A DNA stretch of 63,776 nt, counting the filler. It is 7 parts of 7 records of this genome, joined end to end, with 100 filler letters (N's around TTAATTAATTAA, not from the genome) between each part and the next. Parts side by side here need not be neighbours in the genome. Positions count along the whole stretch, not along the records: positions 1 to 6,292 come from SRR31156797_70252; positions 6,393 to 11,966 come from SRR31156797_70261; 5 more parts are not named here. One strand, written 5' to 3'. How positions within the stretch are numbered: position 1 is the first letter of the stretch; each line of letters begins with the position of its first letter. Positions 1 through 9,984 of the stretch are shown here, piece after piece. Below the pieces are notes generated by a model. It was not told the DNA's origin, ran no database searches, and was given only the letters and a program-made list of their open reading frames with translations. The position numbers and the translations under genes were made by a program.

Positions 1-41
1 TCAGAAAATGCACCGGATAAACCGGTGATTATCACGGTGTG
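1..41 (+). repeat. degenerate attC-like hairpin (5' end cut by window edge)
   Basis: GAAAATGCACCGG-ATAAA-CCGGTGATTATC imperfect palindrome with a bulged G. GGTGTG lies where a GTT core would be. Confidence 0.35.
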
Positions 42-78
42 TCTATTTTCAAAATAATATTTGCAGCACACGGCAAAC

Positions 79-107
79 TTGACATGTGATATCACAGGCA
101 GTATCAT
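79..107 (+). promoter_or_regulatory. sigma70 promoter with operator palindrome for hicAB
   Basis: TTGACA(79-84)-17 nt-TATCAT(102-107). Perfect palindrome TGTGATATCACA (85-96) in the spacer. ATG follows 5 nt after the -10, so likely leaderless. Confidence 0.75.
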
Positions 108-112
108 CTATT

Positions 113-349
113 ATGTCGAAAATCGAAAAAATATTTATTAAATTACGAAACAATCCCCGCGATTGGCAGATTGAAACACTTAAGGATATTGCGAAACGTT
201 TTAATATAGAATGGCGGCAACCTGGGACAAGTCATGTTACTTTTCGACATCCGAACGGATCAAAACTCACAGTTCCAGCACACCGCCCTATTAAACCATT
301 CTATATTAAGAAATTTGTTCGCCTTATTGATGAGGGAGAGGGGGAATAA
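113..349 (+). CDS. hicA: HicA-family mRNA interferase toxin
   Basis: 78 aa, basic, with GTSHVTF (G-x-S-H) and LTVPAHRPIKPFYIK motifs. Lies upstream of hicB. Confidence 0.9.
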   Translation: MSKIEKIFIKLRNNPRDWQIETLKDIAKRFNIEWRQPGTSHVTFRHPNGSKLTVPAHRPIKPFYIKKFVRLIDEGEGE

Positions 350-353
350 AATC

Positions 354-710
354 ATGGATGAACAACTCAAGTACCCTTTTGAAATTAGACACCTTTCAGA
401 GGAAGAAGGAGGAGGCTATCTAATAACCTTTCCTGATTTACCCGGTTGCATCTCTGATGGTGACACAATCGAAGAGACTATAAAAAACGGAATTGATGCT
501 ATGAACTCATGGCTTGAAACAGCAAAAGAATTTAATGACTCAATTCCAGAACCTGGCAGAAGTCAAGCTAGTGGTCGCTTTGTACAGCGAATACCAAAAA
601 GTCTACATGTGAGGCTCGCTGCACGTGCAAAACAAGAAGGCGTAAGCATGAATGCTCTTGTTACATCTATCATCTCAGAATCATTGGGTAAAAAAGAAGC
701 TCATCAATAA
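354..710 (+). CDS. hicB: HicB-family antitoxin (C-terminal RHH)
   Basis: GYLITFPDLPGCISDGDTIEE N-domain and SGRFVQRIPKSLHVRLAARAKQEGVSMNAL RHH. GA-rich RBS before ATG 354. Confidence 0.92.
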   Translation: MDEQLKYPFEIRHLSEEEGGGYLITFPDLPGCISDGDTIEETIKNGIDAMNSWLETAKEFNDSIPEPGRSQASGRFVQRIPKSLHVRLAARAKQEGVSMNALVTSIISESLGKKEAHQ

Positions 711-883
711 AGCATCAGAAAAGCCGGCACACCTGTTCACTCCATTTCCTGAAACATGAAATCATGGCCCCTTATGCCGGCTGAACTTTCCGTTAGTGGG
801 ACCGGGTGACCGGGGCGGTGGGCGACCCCAGTTTCACACCCGGTTTCACCTCGATAAATCATGGAATCGGCCGGATAGGGCCC

Positions 884-1792
884 TTAAGTCCCGTTCTCTC
901 CCGCAATTCGTATGCGGCTGCTGACGCACGCATGGCAGGATCCGGATCGGAGCCTCGCGGCATCGGAAAGTGAAAAGACACCCACAATGTTTTTGGCGTC
1001 ATCCTTGTGGACAAAGAGTCGATGAACGCCCGTAAAGATCATTTGTCTGAGTGCATCTTCAATTAAATCGGTCTCGTCGCACGAAATGACCCGGGATGAT
1101 GACAGGACCGTGCCCGCCGTTTCCCGTGAGGAGACGCCGTGGCGGTAGGCGATCATCAGATCGGTTTTGGAAATAACCCCCACGGGAACATGATGCGTGT
1201 CCGTAATGAGAACGGCTCCGAACCGATATGCCGACAGCCCCTCCATAATCTCCGACAGGGTATGATCCGCCCGGAATGACGTTACCGACTGTGTCATGAC
1301 CTCTTTAACCTGGAATCGGGAGACCGTATCCGACATCATATGCTTGCGCCTGTTGACCGCTCCGTATTCACAGTTTCGACAATACTGGTACAGCAGACCC
1401 ACAATATCCGGATAGGCCAGGACACCCATAACCCCGTCAGGGGAACCGTCCGACACATACAGCCGGTAAACCCCGTTTGTTCGCATGGTATCCAGGGCCG
1501 ATTCCAGCGAATGGTGCGGACTGCAAAAGAGCGGAGGGGATACCATCACGTGTTCAAGGGGTGAATCCGTGGGCAATCCCGCGTAAAATGCCCCCATAAT
1601 ATCGGTTTTGGAGACCACGCCCGCCGGATGTTCATCCTGATCCCGGATCAGGAGCGCATTGATTTTGAATTTGATTAGATTTCGAATGCCGTTGCTGATG
1701 GATGATTTTTTGGGGAGTCCGATGACCTGCATGCGCATGGCTTCTCCCACCGACAGGTCACTCAGAACGGTCTTTGTTGGGACAATGGCCAT
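884..1792 (-). CDS. CBS-domain protein (two Bateman modules, each followed by CxxC)
   Basis: Duplicated GV(V/I)SKTD(I/L)M motifs and V(Y/H)RL(Y/F)V. YCRNC and SCHAC motifs. Start chosen at MAIVP. Confidence 0.85.
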   Translation of the reverse strand: MAIVPTKTVLSDLSVGEAMRMQVIGLPKKSSISNGIRNLIKFKINALLIRDQDEHPAGVVSKTDIMGAFYAGLPTDSPLEHVMVSPPLFCSPHHSLESALDTMRTNGVYRLYVSDGSPDGVMGVLAYPDIVGLLYQYCRNCEYGAVNRRKHMMSDTVSRFQVKEVMTQSVTSFRADHTLSEIMEGLSAYRFGAVLITDTHHVPVGVISKTDLMIAYRHGVSSRETAGTVLSSSRVISCDETDLIEDALRQMIFTGVHRLFVHKDDAKNIVGVFSLSDAARLRSGSCHACVSSRIRIAGENGT

Positions 1793-1832
1793 CAGTGGGC
1801 ACCTGTGAACGTGAATGCAATTGGAAGTATCC

Positions 1833-2300
1833 TTATCCGGACAGTTTATGGGCAAAATAATAGAACAGATCGGAAATATAGACAATCCCTTCTATCTTCT
1901 CACCATTGATCACCGGCACACGGCGAATATGTTTCTTAATCATGATGTCCAAAATCATCATGATGTGCGTATCCGGAGAAACCGTTATAATATCGGTGGT
2001 CATGATATCTTCCACCCGTATGGATTTGGCCGATTCACAGATATTTTCCGTCAATCCGTAAACGTCCAGATCCTCCATGGTTCCCCACACATGAATATGT
2101 TTCGGGCGGATAAAGAGTAGAATGTCGTACATGGATATCATGCCGATGAGGCGGCGGGTTTCGTCCGTAACCATCATCCCGAATACCCTTCGTTTTTCAA
2201 CCTCGCCCGCCTTTTTTAAAAGCGTCACCGCTTCAGCGATGGATGCTTTGGGAGGAAGCGTATGAAACCGGGTGTTCATCACATCCTTGGCTTTTTGCAT
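1833..2300 (-). CDS. CBS-domain protein (single pair)
   Basis: AKDVM, LIGMISMYDIL, RVEDIMT and IRRVPVI-GIVYISDL motifs. Confidence 0.9.
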   Translation of the reverse strand: MQKAKDVMNTRFHTLPPKASIAEAVTLLKKAGEVEKRRVFGMMVTDETRRLIGMISMYDILLFIRPKHIHVWGTMEDLDVYGLTENICESAKSIRVEDIMTTDIITVSPDTHIMMILDIMIKKHIRRVPVINGEKIEGIVYISDLFYYFAHKLSG

Positions 2301-2610
2301 ATTCCTGTCCCTCAGTGCCGGAAATACAACCTGTCCTTTTAAAAGTATACTTGAGCATATCCCGCAGGGTCAACGTCTTTTAAAGATCACGGCTCGCATC
2401 AACCGCAATCACCCGGCCGGCATTTTGAGGAATCCCCTTTGAATTTGGCGAAGGGAACATTTTTCACCTGGAGTGAACGGACACTGCGGCGACGACAATA
2501 GGTTTAATACTACCTCTCCTGTTTGGCCATTTGTGGATGGGAACTATTTAAATTTGCCAATTTCTCATTAAAGATTATTTTAACCTGAAAATATTCTTTA
2601 GCCCTGACCC

Positions 2611-3450
2611 TTGAAGGGAGGTGTGAATGTGGTGAAAATGGCGTTTCCAATGGGATTGACGGTCTTTTTTCTGATCTCATCTCTTTTTTTTTCAGCCTGT
2701 GAAGATACCGATATGGGGATGGCGACCCAGGCGGGGATCGATGCCTTTCAGGCAGCGACCCTCAGCCATGAGGATGTGATACGACTTTCCCGTGAGGTTT
2801 CCAGGCGGTCCGATCATCAAAACCGGATCGCTCCGCCGAACAGTCCCCATGCCCGAAGACTTCAGAAGCTGGTGGGCAGCGGCCATGGAACAACAGCACA
2901 TCCATTTAACTTCAAAGTCTATCTGTCGCCCAAGGTGAATGCTTTTGCCATGGGTGACGGTTCCATCCGGGTTTACAGTGGATTGATGGACATGATGAAT
3001 GATGAAGAACTCCTCTTTATCCTGGGCCATGAAATGGGGCACGTGACCGGCCGGCACATCAAAAAAAAGATCATGCTCACCTATGCCGGAAGCGCCCTCC
3101 GCAAAGCCATTGCCTCCCAGCAGAACCAGGTCGGTAACATTGCCCGGTCCGGTATGGGAGCCTTTGCGGAAGGATTGCTGAATGCTCAGTTCTATCAACA
3201 GGAGGAACGGGAAGCGGATGATCATGGGGTCCGTTTTCTAAAAGAGAGGGGTCGTGATGAAAAGCCGGCCATTTCCGCTTTGATGAAACTTTCAACCCTT
3301 GGCAGCAACCACTCTTTTCTGTCGAGTCATCCGGCGCCTGAAGCGCGGGCCGAACGTCTGCATCGAAAATCCCTGTCGCCTGAGTCGGACAAAAAGCCAT
3401 CCTTTTATAACCGGCTGGTTGCATGGCTGACAAACCTTTGGCCCTTTTAA
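2611..3450 (+). CDS. M48 family Zn metallopeptidase lipoprotein (LoiP/YggG-like); exact start uncertain
   Basis: Lipobox FSAC, NAFA, HEMGH zinc motif, EREAD and SSHP motifs. Confidence 0.88.
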   Translation: MKGGVNVVKMAFPMGLTVFFLISSLFFSACEDTDMGMATQAGIDAFQAATLSHEDVIRLSREVSRRSDHQNRIAPPNSPHARRLQKLVGSGHGTTAHPFNFKVYLSPKVNAFAMGDGSIRVYSGLMDMMNDEELLFILGHEMGHVTGRHIKKKIMLTYAGSALRKAIASQQNQVGNIARSGMGAFAEGLLNAQFYQQEEREADDHGVRFLKERGRDEKPAISALMKLSTLGSNHSFLSSHPAPEARAERLHRKSLSPESDKKPSFYNRLVAWLTNLWPF

Positions 3451-3612
3451 AAGAATCGCCGTCATCGATAACCCCCCGCCAGCAAGAAGGTTCCCCGGTA
3501 GCCGGGGTGGGGAAAGGGGGTTTCCATGGGGGCATTCCCGATATTCCATTTTTATGCCCTCCGAATCATTTAGAAGTGTGTGTTATGGAAGCAACTTTAC
3601 TGGATAAAGAAA

Positions 3613-3641
3613 TTGACACTGATCGTGTCGCATGTTATTGT
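3613..3641 (+). promoter_or_regulatory. sigma70 promoter and operator of the MazEF-type TA pair
   Basis: TTGACA-17 nt-TATTGT with overlapping inverted repeat GACAC-TGATC-GTGTC (3615-3629). Confidence 0.65.
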
Positions 3642-3671
3642 GTTTGAAAATGAACATCTTGGGGGTGTATT

Positions 3672-3896
3672 ATGAGAAGTGTTCGTATCAATATCAGCCT
3701 TCCCAAAGACGTCTTTTCCGCGCTTTCCGAAGAAGTGGAATCCAGGAAAAGGAGCCGTTTTATCACGGAGGCCGTCAAAGCCTTTATCAAAGAGAAAAAA
3801 GCGCAAAGGCTTGCAGCGGAATACCGGGAGGCTGCCGCTGAAATCCGGCGGGTTAACCAGGAACTGGAAGGGACCGTCAACGATGGCCTCCATTAG
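3672..3896 (+). CDS. RHH (CopG/NdoAI-like) antitoxin
   Basis: RINISLPKDV-RSRFITEAV RHH and LAAEYREAAAE acidic tail. Overlaps the toxin start. Confidence 0.85.
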   Translation: MRSVRINISLPKDVFSALSEEVESRKRSRFITEAVKAFIKEKKAQRLAAEYREAAAEIRRVNQELEGTVNDGLH

Positions 3897-4227
3897 ACGC
3901 AGTGAAATCTTTCTGGTGAATTTTGATCCGACGGTCGGTGCTGAGGCCAAAAAAACGCGGCCCGCACTGGTGGTTTCAAATGACGTGAATAACGAGCACT
4001 CTCCCATCGTCTCCATTTCCCCCATAACTTCAAATGTAAAACGCGTCTATTCTTTTGAAGTGGATATCACTGCAGGCATCGGAGGCCTGCGAACCCGTTC
4101 CAAGGTGATGGTCAATCAGACCCGAGCCGTAGATAAAATCCGTCTTATCAAAAGGTTCGGGAACCTCCCTAAAGAGATCATGGAACGGATCGACCAGGCC
4201 CTGAAGCTGCATTATGGGCTTGAATGA
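3883..4227 (+). CDS. mazF: PemK/MazF-family endoribonuclease toxin
   Basis: RRSEIFLVNFDPTVGAEAKKTRPALVVSND, PITS and QTRAVDKIRL motifs. Confidence 0.93.
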   Translation: MASIRRSEIFLVNFDPTVGAEAKKTRPALVVSNDVNNEHSPIVSISPITSNVKRVYSFEVDITAGIGGLRTRSKVMVNQTRAVDKIRLIKRFGNLPKEIMERIDQALKLHYGLE

Positions 4228-4281
4228 GGTATTCCCATTTAATATCCCAATAAACTCACAATCCTGCCTTACCTGAAAACA

Positions 4282-4740
4282 TCATGCATTGAGATGGCCA
4301 CTTTCTATCCGATCCAATTGATCCAGGTCCCAGTGAAGGTCCATCTCCTCGAACATCCTGCGGGCTATTGCCAGGTATTCTTTCGCATTTATGCCGTCCA
4401 GGGAGTCGTGCTTGCTTTGGGGTTCTGAAAGGCGTTTACCCGCTTCGAAACAGGTGCGGGAGAGTTCAACCCGGTAACCATGGCTTTTAGCGTCATTGAC
4501 ACTCTTTTTCCAGTGCTTCAGGGCTGTTGTCTGCTTGCCCATAAGCCAGAAAGATGTGCCAGCCAGACGATTCATCTCACATTCATAAAAAGCGAATGGC
4601 CGGGAACCTTTCAGGCCCCAGTGCCGCCACCATGGGGGTAAAGCCCACCATATGGCAGAACATGACCGTGACCTGCTTTTTCTCCCCTTCGATTCGATCC
4701 TTGTGAGACAGGATTTTCTCGGTAAGGCCTTTGGGACAGT
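4282..4740 (-). pseudogene. remnant of class III adenylate/guanylate cyclase-ATPase-TPR protein with a large internal deletion
   Basis: An alternative frame over about 4738-4610 reads PKGLTEKILSHKDRIEGEKKQVTVMFCHMVGFTPMVAALGPE (cyclase N-motif with Asp replaced by His). It is joined to a TPR-like C-terminus (ELSRTCFEAGKRL...ARRMFEEMDLHWDL). Confidence 0.7.
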
Positions 4741-4827
4741 GCATGGCACCCCATAAGAACCCGGATCATATTCCATCAGAATGTATTGTTCAAAGGAATG
4801 ACCGAACTCTGGGCCTCCCGGTTAAGG

Positions 4828-4998
4828 TCAGGCACGGGCCAGGGCCGGACTCTCCTTGAGATAAGTTCCAATCTCTCGGGCATCTTCCATTTTCAAGCAC
4901 GCCTTTAAAGTATCCCGGGCTTCCGATTTGCTAACGGATCTGATCAACTGTTTGGCGCCGAGGATGTCTTCCAAAATGTGATGCTGATGATTCCGCAT
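4828..4998 (-). pseudogene. 56-aa ORF resembling the C-terminal helices of PTS enzyme I (PtsI/PtsP)
   Basis: Manual translation gives ILGAKQLIRSVSKSEARDTLKACLKMEDAREIGTYL. Resemblance is from memory only. Confidence 0.35.
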
Positions 4999-5016
4999 GG
5001 CTTCTTTCCGGTATCC

Positions 5017-6292
5017 TTATCCGTTTAACCTGTCCAAAAACCCTCTCATATAAACACATCCCTGATCAATTTTCGGAAGAAATGAATGGAAATATTCTTC
5101 GGTCACATGGTCGGATCCCGGCCATGTTTCAAGGACCTTGGCGCCGTCAAAATCAACCCCCGCCACCCGAACCCCCAGGTTTGTGGCCGGCATATAGAAA
5201 TCGGATCCCGGAAGCACCGCAATACCGCTCTCCTCAAGAAGCGCATTGGCCATGGCGCAGGATGTAATAATCCCTCTGTTATGGAGTTGTTTGCTGAAAT
5301 TTGCCAAATCGGGGAACAGATAAAAGGAACCGGCGGGCTTGGGGCAATTCAATCCCATATCCATAAACTGCCGGTAAAGATAATTCATGACATATTGATA
5401 AATGTCGGTGGTTTTTTTCACAAAGGGCCGGACTTTCTCAAAATCGCCATAGGCTTTCAAGGCGGCGTATTGGATGGGGGCGCTGACCGCACTGAAGGTT
5501 TCGCTGATCACTGACTTCAGTGCGGACATCATCAATTCCAGGGAATCCGGTATCAGAACAACTCCCAGGCGATAGCCGCCCGCGGCAAATGATTTTGAAA
5601 GCCCCCCTGAAACAATGGTCCCTTCAGGATAATACGTCGCCAGGCTGCTCATGGGCCACTGGTCAAATTCTATCATGGCATAAATTTCATCTGAAATGAC
5701 GATCACCTGGTATGCCCGGCAGATTTCAGCCAGCTCCTTGATTTCATTTTCATGATAAAGGGCGCCGGTGGGGTTGTTGGGGTTGTTGAAAATGAGAAGT
5801 TTTTGGGATTGTCCGGCACTGTAACAGGCCCTGTCCAGCAGTTCCGGTGTCAGCCGGTAGTTGTTGTCCCTTGCCGTGGGGATAGGGATAATTTCCTTTC
5901 CCCTGAGCGCCGCCTGTGGACCGTAGCTGACCCAACTGGGCACCGGCACCAGAAGGGGGCCTTCCATCAGGTAGATAATCTGAAAAATAAGCTCCTTGCT
6001 GCCGGGGCCCACACACACGTCCGAGGGCTTGAAACCGTACCCGAATTCCTTTTGATAAAATTCCGAAACCGCCTCACACAGTTCCGGCAACCCCTGGGTG
6101 GGAAGGTAATCCTTCTTGTCTGAATTTTCCCGAAGGGCTTGCTGGATGATTTCAGGTACGGGAAAGGGAGACTGGCCGAACCCGAAGTGTACGATGTCCT
6201 TCCCTTGTCGCCGAAGTTCAAGGGCCTTTAGATTGATTGCCAGGGTTGCGGACTCTTTAAGGCTTAACACCAATGGATTTAACGCGGGTCTC
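5017..6292 (-). CDS. class I/II PLP-dependent aminotransferase (5' end at contig edge)
   Basis: GPGSKE, NNPNNPTG, ISDEIY and GLSKSFAAGGYRLG (PLP lysine) motifs. Confidence 0.93.
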
Positions 6293-6392
6293 NNNNNNNN
6301 NNNNNNNNNNNNNNNNNNNNNNNNNNNNNNNNNNNNTTAATTAATTAANNNNNNNNNNNNNNNNNNNNNNNNNNNNNNNNNNNNNNNNNNNN
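6293..6392. other. artificial contig linker
   Basis: N-run + TTAATTAATTAA (stops in all six frames) + N-run, 100 nt. Confidence 0.98.
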
Positions 6393-6884
6393 GATGGCCA
6401 TCTGCTTACCGGGCATGGCGTCCAGGGCGAAGCGGGCGGCCACCTCGGACACACGGGTGGAACCCTTGGTGATGACCATAAACTGCACGGCCACGAGGAT
6501 GATGAAGATGATCAGGCCGACTACGATTCCCTCCTGCCCCGTCGATCCCACGACGAAGGTGGCGAAGGCCTTGACGATCTTTCCGTCGAAGAGGGAGCCC
6601 TTGGTCAGGATCAGTCTGGTGGAGGAGACGTTCAGGGCCAGGGAGAAGACCGTAGAGATCAGCAGCATGGTGGGAAAGACGGAGAACTCCAGGGGATCCT
6701 TGTTGTACATGACGATGAGGATGATCATCAGACTGAGAAGGATGTTCATGATCATCAGGAAGTCCAGAAGGAAGGTGGGCAGCGGGATGATCAGCATGAT
6801 CACCACCGACAGCACGCCGACGGCCACAAGCAAGTCGCTGTTTCCCGATGAGAGCAATCGTTTTATATTATCCTGCCAGGCCAT
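6393..6884 (-). CDS. flhA: flagellar export protein FlhA (N-terminal part)
   Basis: IIPLPTFLLD, FSVFPTMLL and ITKGSTRVSEVAARFALDAMPGKQMAI motifs. Confidence 0.97.
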
Positions 6885-6899
6885 AGTTCAACCCCTTCC

Positions 6900-8102
6900 T
6901 TATCCGGCTGTTTTTCCCGAAAGCTCGTAGATCTTCACAAGGATCTCGGAAACCACGGTATAGTATTCTTCGGGGATCTCGTCTCCGATCTCCACGTTGG
7001 CATAGAGCCCCCGAGCCAGGGGAACGTTCTCGATCATGGGAACGTCATTCTCACGGGCCACCGCCTTTATTCTCTGAGCCACCTCGTCCATGCCCTTGGC
7101 GCTGACACGGGGAGCGGTCATGCTCTCCTGCCTGTACTCGAGGGCTACGGCGAAGTGGGTCGGGTTCGTCACGACCACGTCCGCGTCGGGAACGGCTTGC
7201 ATCATCTGATTGGTCATCAGCTCGCGCATTTTCTGACGGAGCCGGCTTTTGATAAGGGGATCTCCCTCGGACTGCTTCATCTCTTCCTTGATCTCATGCC
7301 GGGTCATTTTCAGGGATTCCCTGTGCTGGAAGCGCTGAAAGAGATAGTCGGGCAGAGAGAGGACCAGAAGCACCAGGGCCGCTTCGATCATAAGACGGAA
7401 GGCCAGGCCTCCTATCAGTGACGCCGCCTCGGAAACAGTGCCGTACACGAGGTTCGTAATCTCCGGGACCTTGCGGCTCACGTTCCACCAGGCCAGAAAT
7501 CCGATGACGCCGATCTTGAACAGGCTCTTGGCCATATTGAACATCCCCTCCACCGAGAACATAACCCTCTGGGCCCATTTCACAATGTCGGGGGAGATCT
7601 TCTTCAGGTCGGGCTGGATGGATTTGGTAGTGAACAACAGCCCCACCTGGAACAGGTTGGCCAGAAGGGCAGACAGAAAGGCCACCCCCATCACGGGCAG
7701 GCTCAGTCTGGCGAAATAGCCCACGAAGGCCCTTGCGATGGACGCGCCGGCGGTGCTGACGTCGGCATCGACGGCGATGTTCAGGAAGAACTCCAGCATG
7801 GACTTCATGGTCCGGACCATATAGGGACTCAGTATGCCGATCAGGATCAGGGGAAAGAGGAGGACCAGGGACGCCGTAAGGTCTGTGGATTTGGCGACCT
7901 TCCCTTCCTCTCGGGCCTTGCGGATCTTCTGTTCGGTCGGCTCTTCGGTACGGCCCTCGTCTTCGGCGGCGAACCACTGCAGGTGGATGGAGAAGGAGTC
8001 ATCCCGCTCCAGGGCGGGGATTCGGGACAGGTGCTTATCCAGTCCGGAGCCCCCTGCCCCCATGGGCTTGTCCAGGGCCGTGATGCTTTCGATGGCCGTC
8101 AT
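6900..8102 (-). CDS. flhB: flagellar export protein FlhB
   Basis: EGRTEEPTEQKIRKAREEG and the TNPTH autocleavage motif. LQWFAAEDEG N-terminus is typical of spirochaetes. Confidence 0.97.
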   Translation of the reverse strand: MTAIESITALDKPMGAGGSGLDKHLSRIPALERDDSFSIHLQWFAAEDEGRTEEPTEQKIRKAREEGKVAKSTDLTASLVLLFPLILIGILSPYMVRTMKSMLEFFLNIAVDADVSTAGASIARAFVGYFARLSLPVMGVAFLSALLANLFQVGLLFTTKSIQPDLKKISPDIVKWAQRVMFSVEGMFNMAKSLFKIGVIGFLAWWNVSRKVPEITNLVYGTVSEAASLIGGLAFRLMIEAALVLLVLSLPDYLFQRFQHRESLKMTRHEIKEEMKQSEGDPLIKSRLRQKMRELMTNQMMQAVPDADVVVTNPTHFAVALEYRQESMTAPRVSAKGMDEVAQRIKAVARENDVPMIENVPLARGLYANVEIGDEIPEEYYTVVSEILVKIYELSGKTAG

Positions 8103-8896
8103 AGTGAGGCCCCCTCGAAGTGATAGAGCCGCAGCATCTCGTCGATCTGATCGAATCCGTTCTCGATGATCAGGACCATCTTCTCTATCAGAAAGGGAGA
8201 GGCCATCATGATGATCAGGAATCCCACGGAGATCTGAATGGGGAATCCCACCATCATCAGGTTCATCTGGGGAGCCGCTTTGGCCAGCAGCCCCATGGTG
8301 ACGGAGATCATCAGGAGGGTGCCCATCATGGGCACGGCCAGGATCAGGGCCTGTTCGAAGAGCTGACCCAGGGAGCGGATGAGGCTGTCCGACAGGAAAC
8401 CCGGATTGGTCATCAGATAATCCCCCTTCATGGCCCGGAAGGAGCGGTAGATCCCCGTGATGAAGACCTTCTGGATGCTGCCTGACACAATGAAGACGAA
8501 TATGCCGATCAGGTTGAACATCTGGCCTACCAGGGGGATCTGCACCTGCGCCAGGGGATCGAAGGTGGCGGAGGCTCCGAAACCCATCTGGACCGAGAAC
8601 ATCTGCCCTGCCAGCTGGAAGACGGCGAAGATCAGCTGGAGGAACAGACCGATCAGAAGGCCCGTCAGGACCTCATAGAAGAGCAGGGCCCCGTAGAGCA
8701 GCCCCGACTCGGGGATGACGTATCCCAGAGTGCTGACCAGGGGATAGACCGCCACGGCGGTGAACAGGGTCAGGCCCCCGCGGGCCATGGCCGGTACGGC
8801 GCTTGAAGAGAGTACGGGAGATACCATGAACAGGGCGAAGACCCTGGCGAAGATGAGAAAATAAAGCTGCAGGTTCCGTATCAGCTCGTTATACAA
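8099..8896 (-). CDS. fliR: flagellar export protein FliR
   Basis: FQLAGQMFSVQMGFG and KAAPQMNLMMVGFP motifs. Confidence 0.95.
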   Translation of the reverse strand: MYNELIRNLQLYFLIFARVFALFMVSPVLSSSAVPAMARGGLTLFTAVAVYPLVSTLGYVIPESGLLYGALLFYEVLTGLLIGLFLQLIFAVFQLAGQMFSVQMGFGASATFDPLAQVQIPLVGQMFNLIGIFVFIVSGSIQKVFITGIYRSFRAMKGDYLMTNPGFLSDSLIRSLGQLFEQALILAVPMMGTLLMISVTMGLLAKAAPQMNLMMVGFPIQISVGFLIIMMASPFLIEKMVLIIENGFDQIDEMLRLYHFEGASL

Positions 8897-8913
8897 GCGC
8901 GTTCAGCCTCCCC

Positions 8914-9183
8914 TTATCCCGCCATGGCCGGGATAAGTTCAAAGATGGTTCTCGTATAGTTGATCATAGAGTTCACCATCCAGGCCCCGAGAAAGCCAAG
9001 GGTCAGAAAGATGGCCAGGATCTTGGGAACGAAGGTGAGGGACTGATCCTGGATGGAGGTGGTCGCCTGAAAGATGGAGATGACGAGTCCCACCACCATG
9101 GCCACCAGAAGAACCGGCGCCGCCATGGTAAGGGTCTGGAGCACCGAGTTTCTGAGAAGTGAAATCACAAAACCTATAGTCAT
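8914..9183 (-). CDS. fliQ: flagellar export protein FliQ
   Basis: GLVISIFQATTSIQDQSLTFVPK motif. Confidence 0.96.
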   Translation of the reverse strand: MTIGFVISLLRNSVLQTLTMAAPVLLVAMVVGLVISIFQATTSIQDQSLTFVPKILAIFLTLGFLGAWMVNSMINYTRTIFELIPAMAG

Positions 9184-9201
9184 CAATATCCTCCTGGATT
9201 C

Positions 9202-9984
9202 CTAAAGGAAACTCATTACCAGCTGCCTGGTCAGCAGGCTCCACCCGTCCACCAGGACGAACAGCGCCAGTTTGAAGGGCATGGAAATCATAACGGGGGG
9301 GAGCATGATCATACCCATGGACATCAGCACCGAAGCCACAACCATATCGATTATGATAAAGGGCACATACAGGAGTATTCCGATCTTGAAGGCTATGGTC
9401 AGCTCGTTGAGAACGAAGGCGGGGATCACCACGTAGGTGGGAACGTCCGCAAAGGTTTCGGGCCTTTCCAGTCCCCTGAGGGACATGAAGAGCTCGATAT
9501 TCTCGGGATTGTCCTTCAGCTGATTGTACATGAAATAGCGCAGAGGGCCCTCGGCCCTGTCGATCATCTCATCCATCCCGATCTCCCCTTCCGCGAAGGG
9601 CCGGAAGGACTCGGTATAGATCTGGTCGAAGGTAGGCCACATGACGAAGACCGTCAGAAACAGGGCTATCCCCATGAGGACACTGGCCGGAGGCACCTGC
9701 TGGAGCGAAAGGGCCCGCTTGATAAAATCGAGAACGACGGAAATCCTCAGGAAGGAGGTCATCAGCACCATCAGAGAGGGCGCCAGAGAGAGGACGGTCA
9801 GCAGCAGAAGCAGCTGTATGGAGAGGGCCGTCTCCTGGTTGCTCTGGGGCTCCCGGATGGTCAGATCCACAAAGGGTATGTCCAGTATGCCGTCGGTCTC
9901 GCCCGGATCGGGTACCGGCACGGCCTGGGAAAAGGCCGGCAGGCTTACGGAGAGAAGGATCAGCAGGAAAAGGATGCGTTTCAT
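9202..9984 (-). CDS. fliP: flagellar export protein FliP
   Basis: MTSFLRI and [34 protein letters not shown] motifs. Confidence 0.97.
   Translation of the reverse strand: [260 protein letters not shown]

Noticed and set aside
3470-3535. G/C-run-rich stretch after the M48 gene
   Set aside because: Only a small CCCCGG/CCGGGG hairpin, with no recognisable RNA family.
3679-3882. N-terminal extension of MazF in the 182-aa ORF (likewise the HicB extension from 234)
   Set aside because: Overlaps the partner gene. The family-typical starts are 3883 and 354.
6337-6348. TTAATTAATTAA repeated six times across the window
   Set aside because: Synthetic all-frame stop linker inside N-runs, not a biological repeat.
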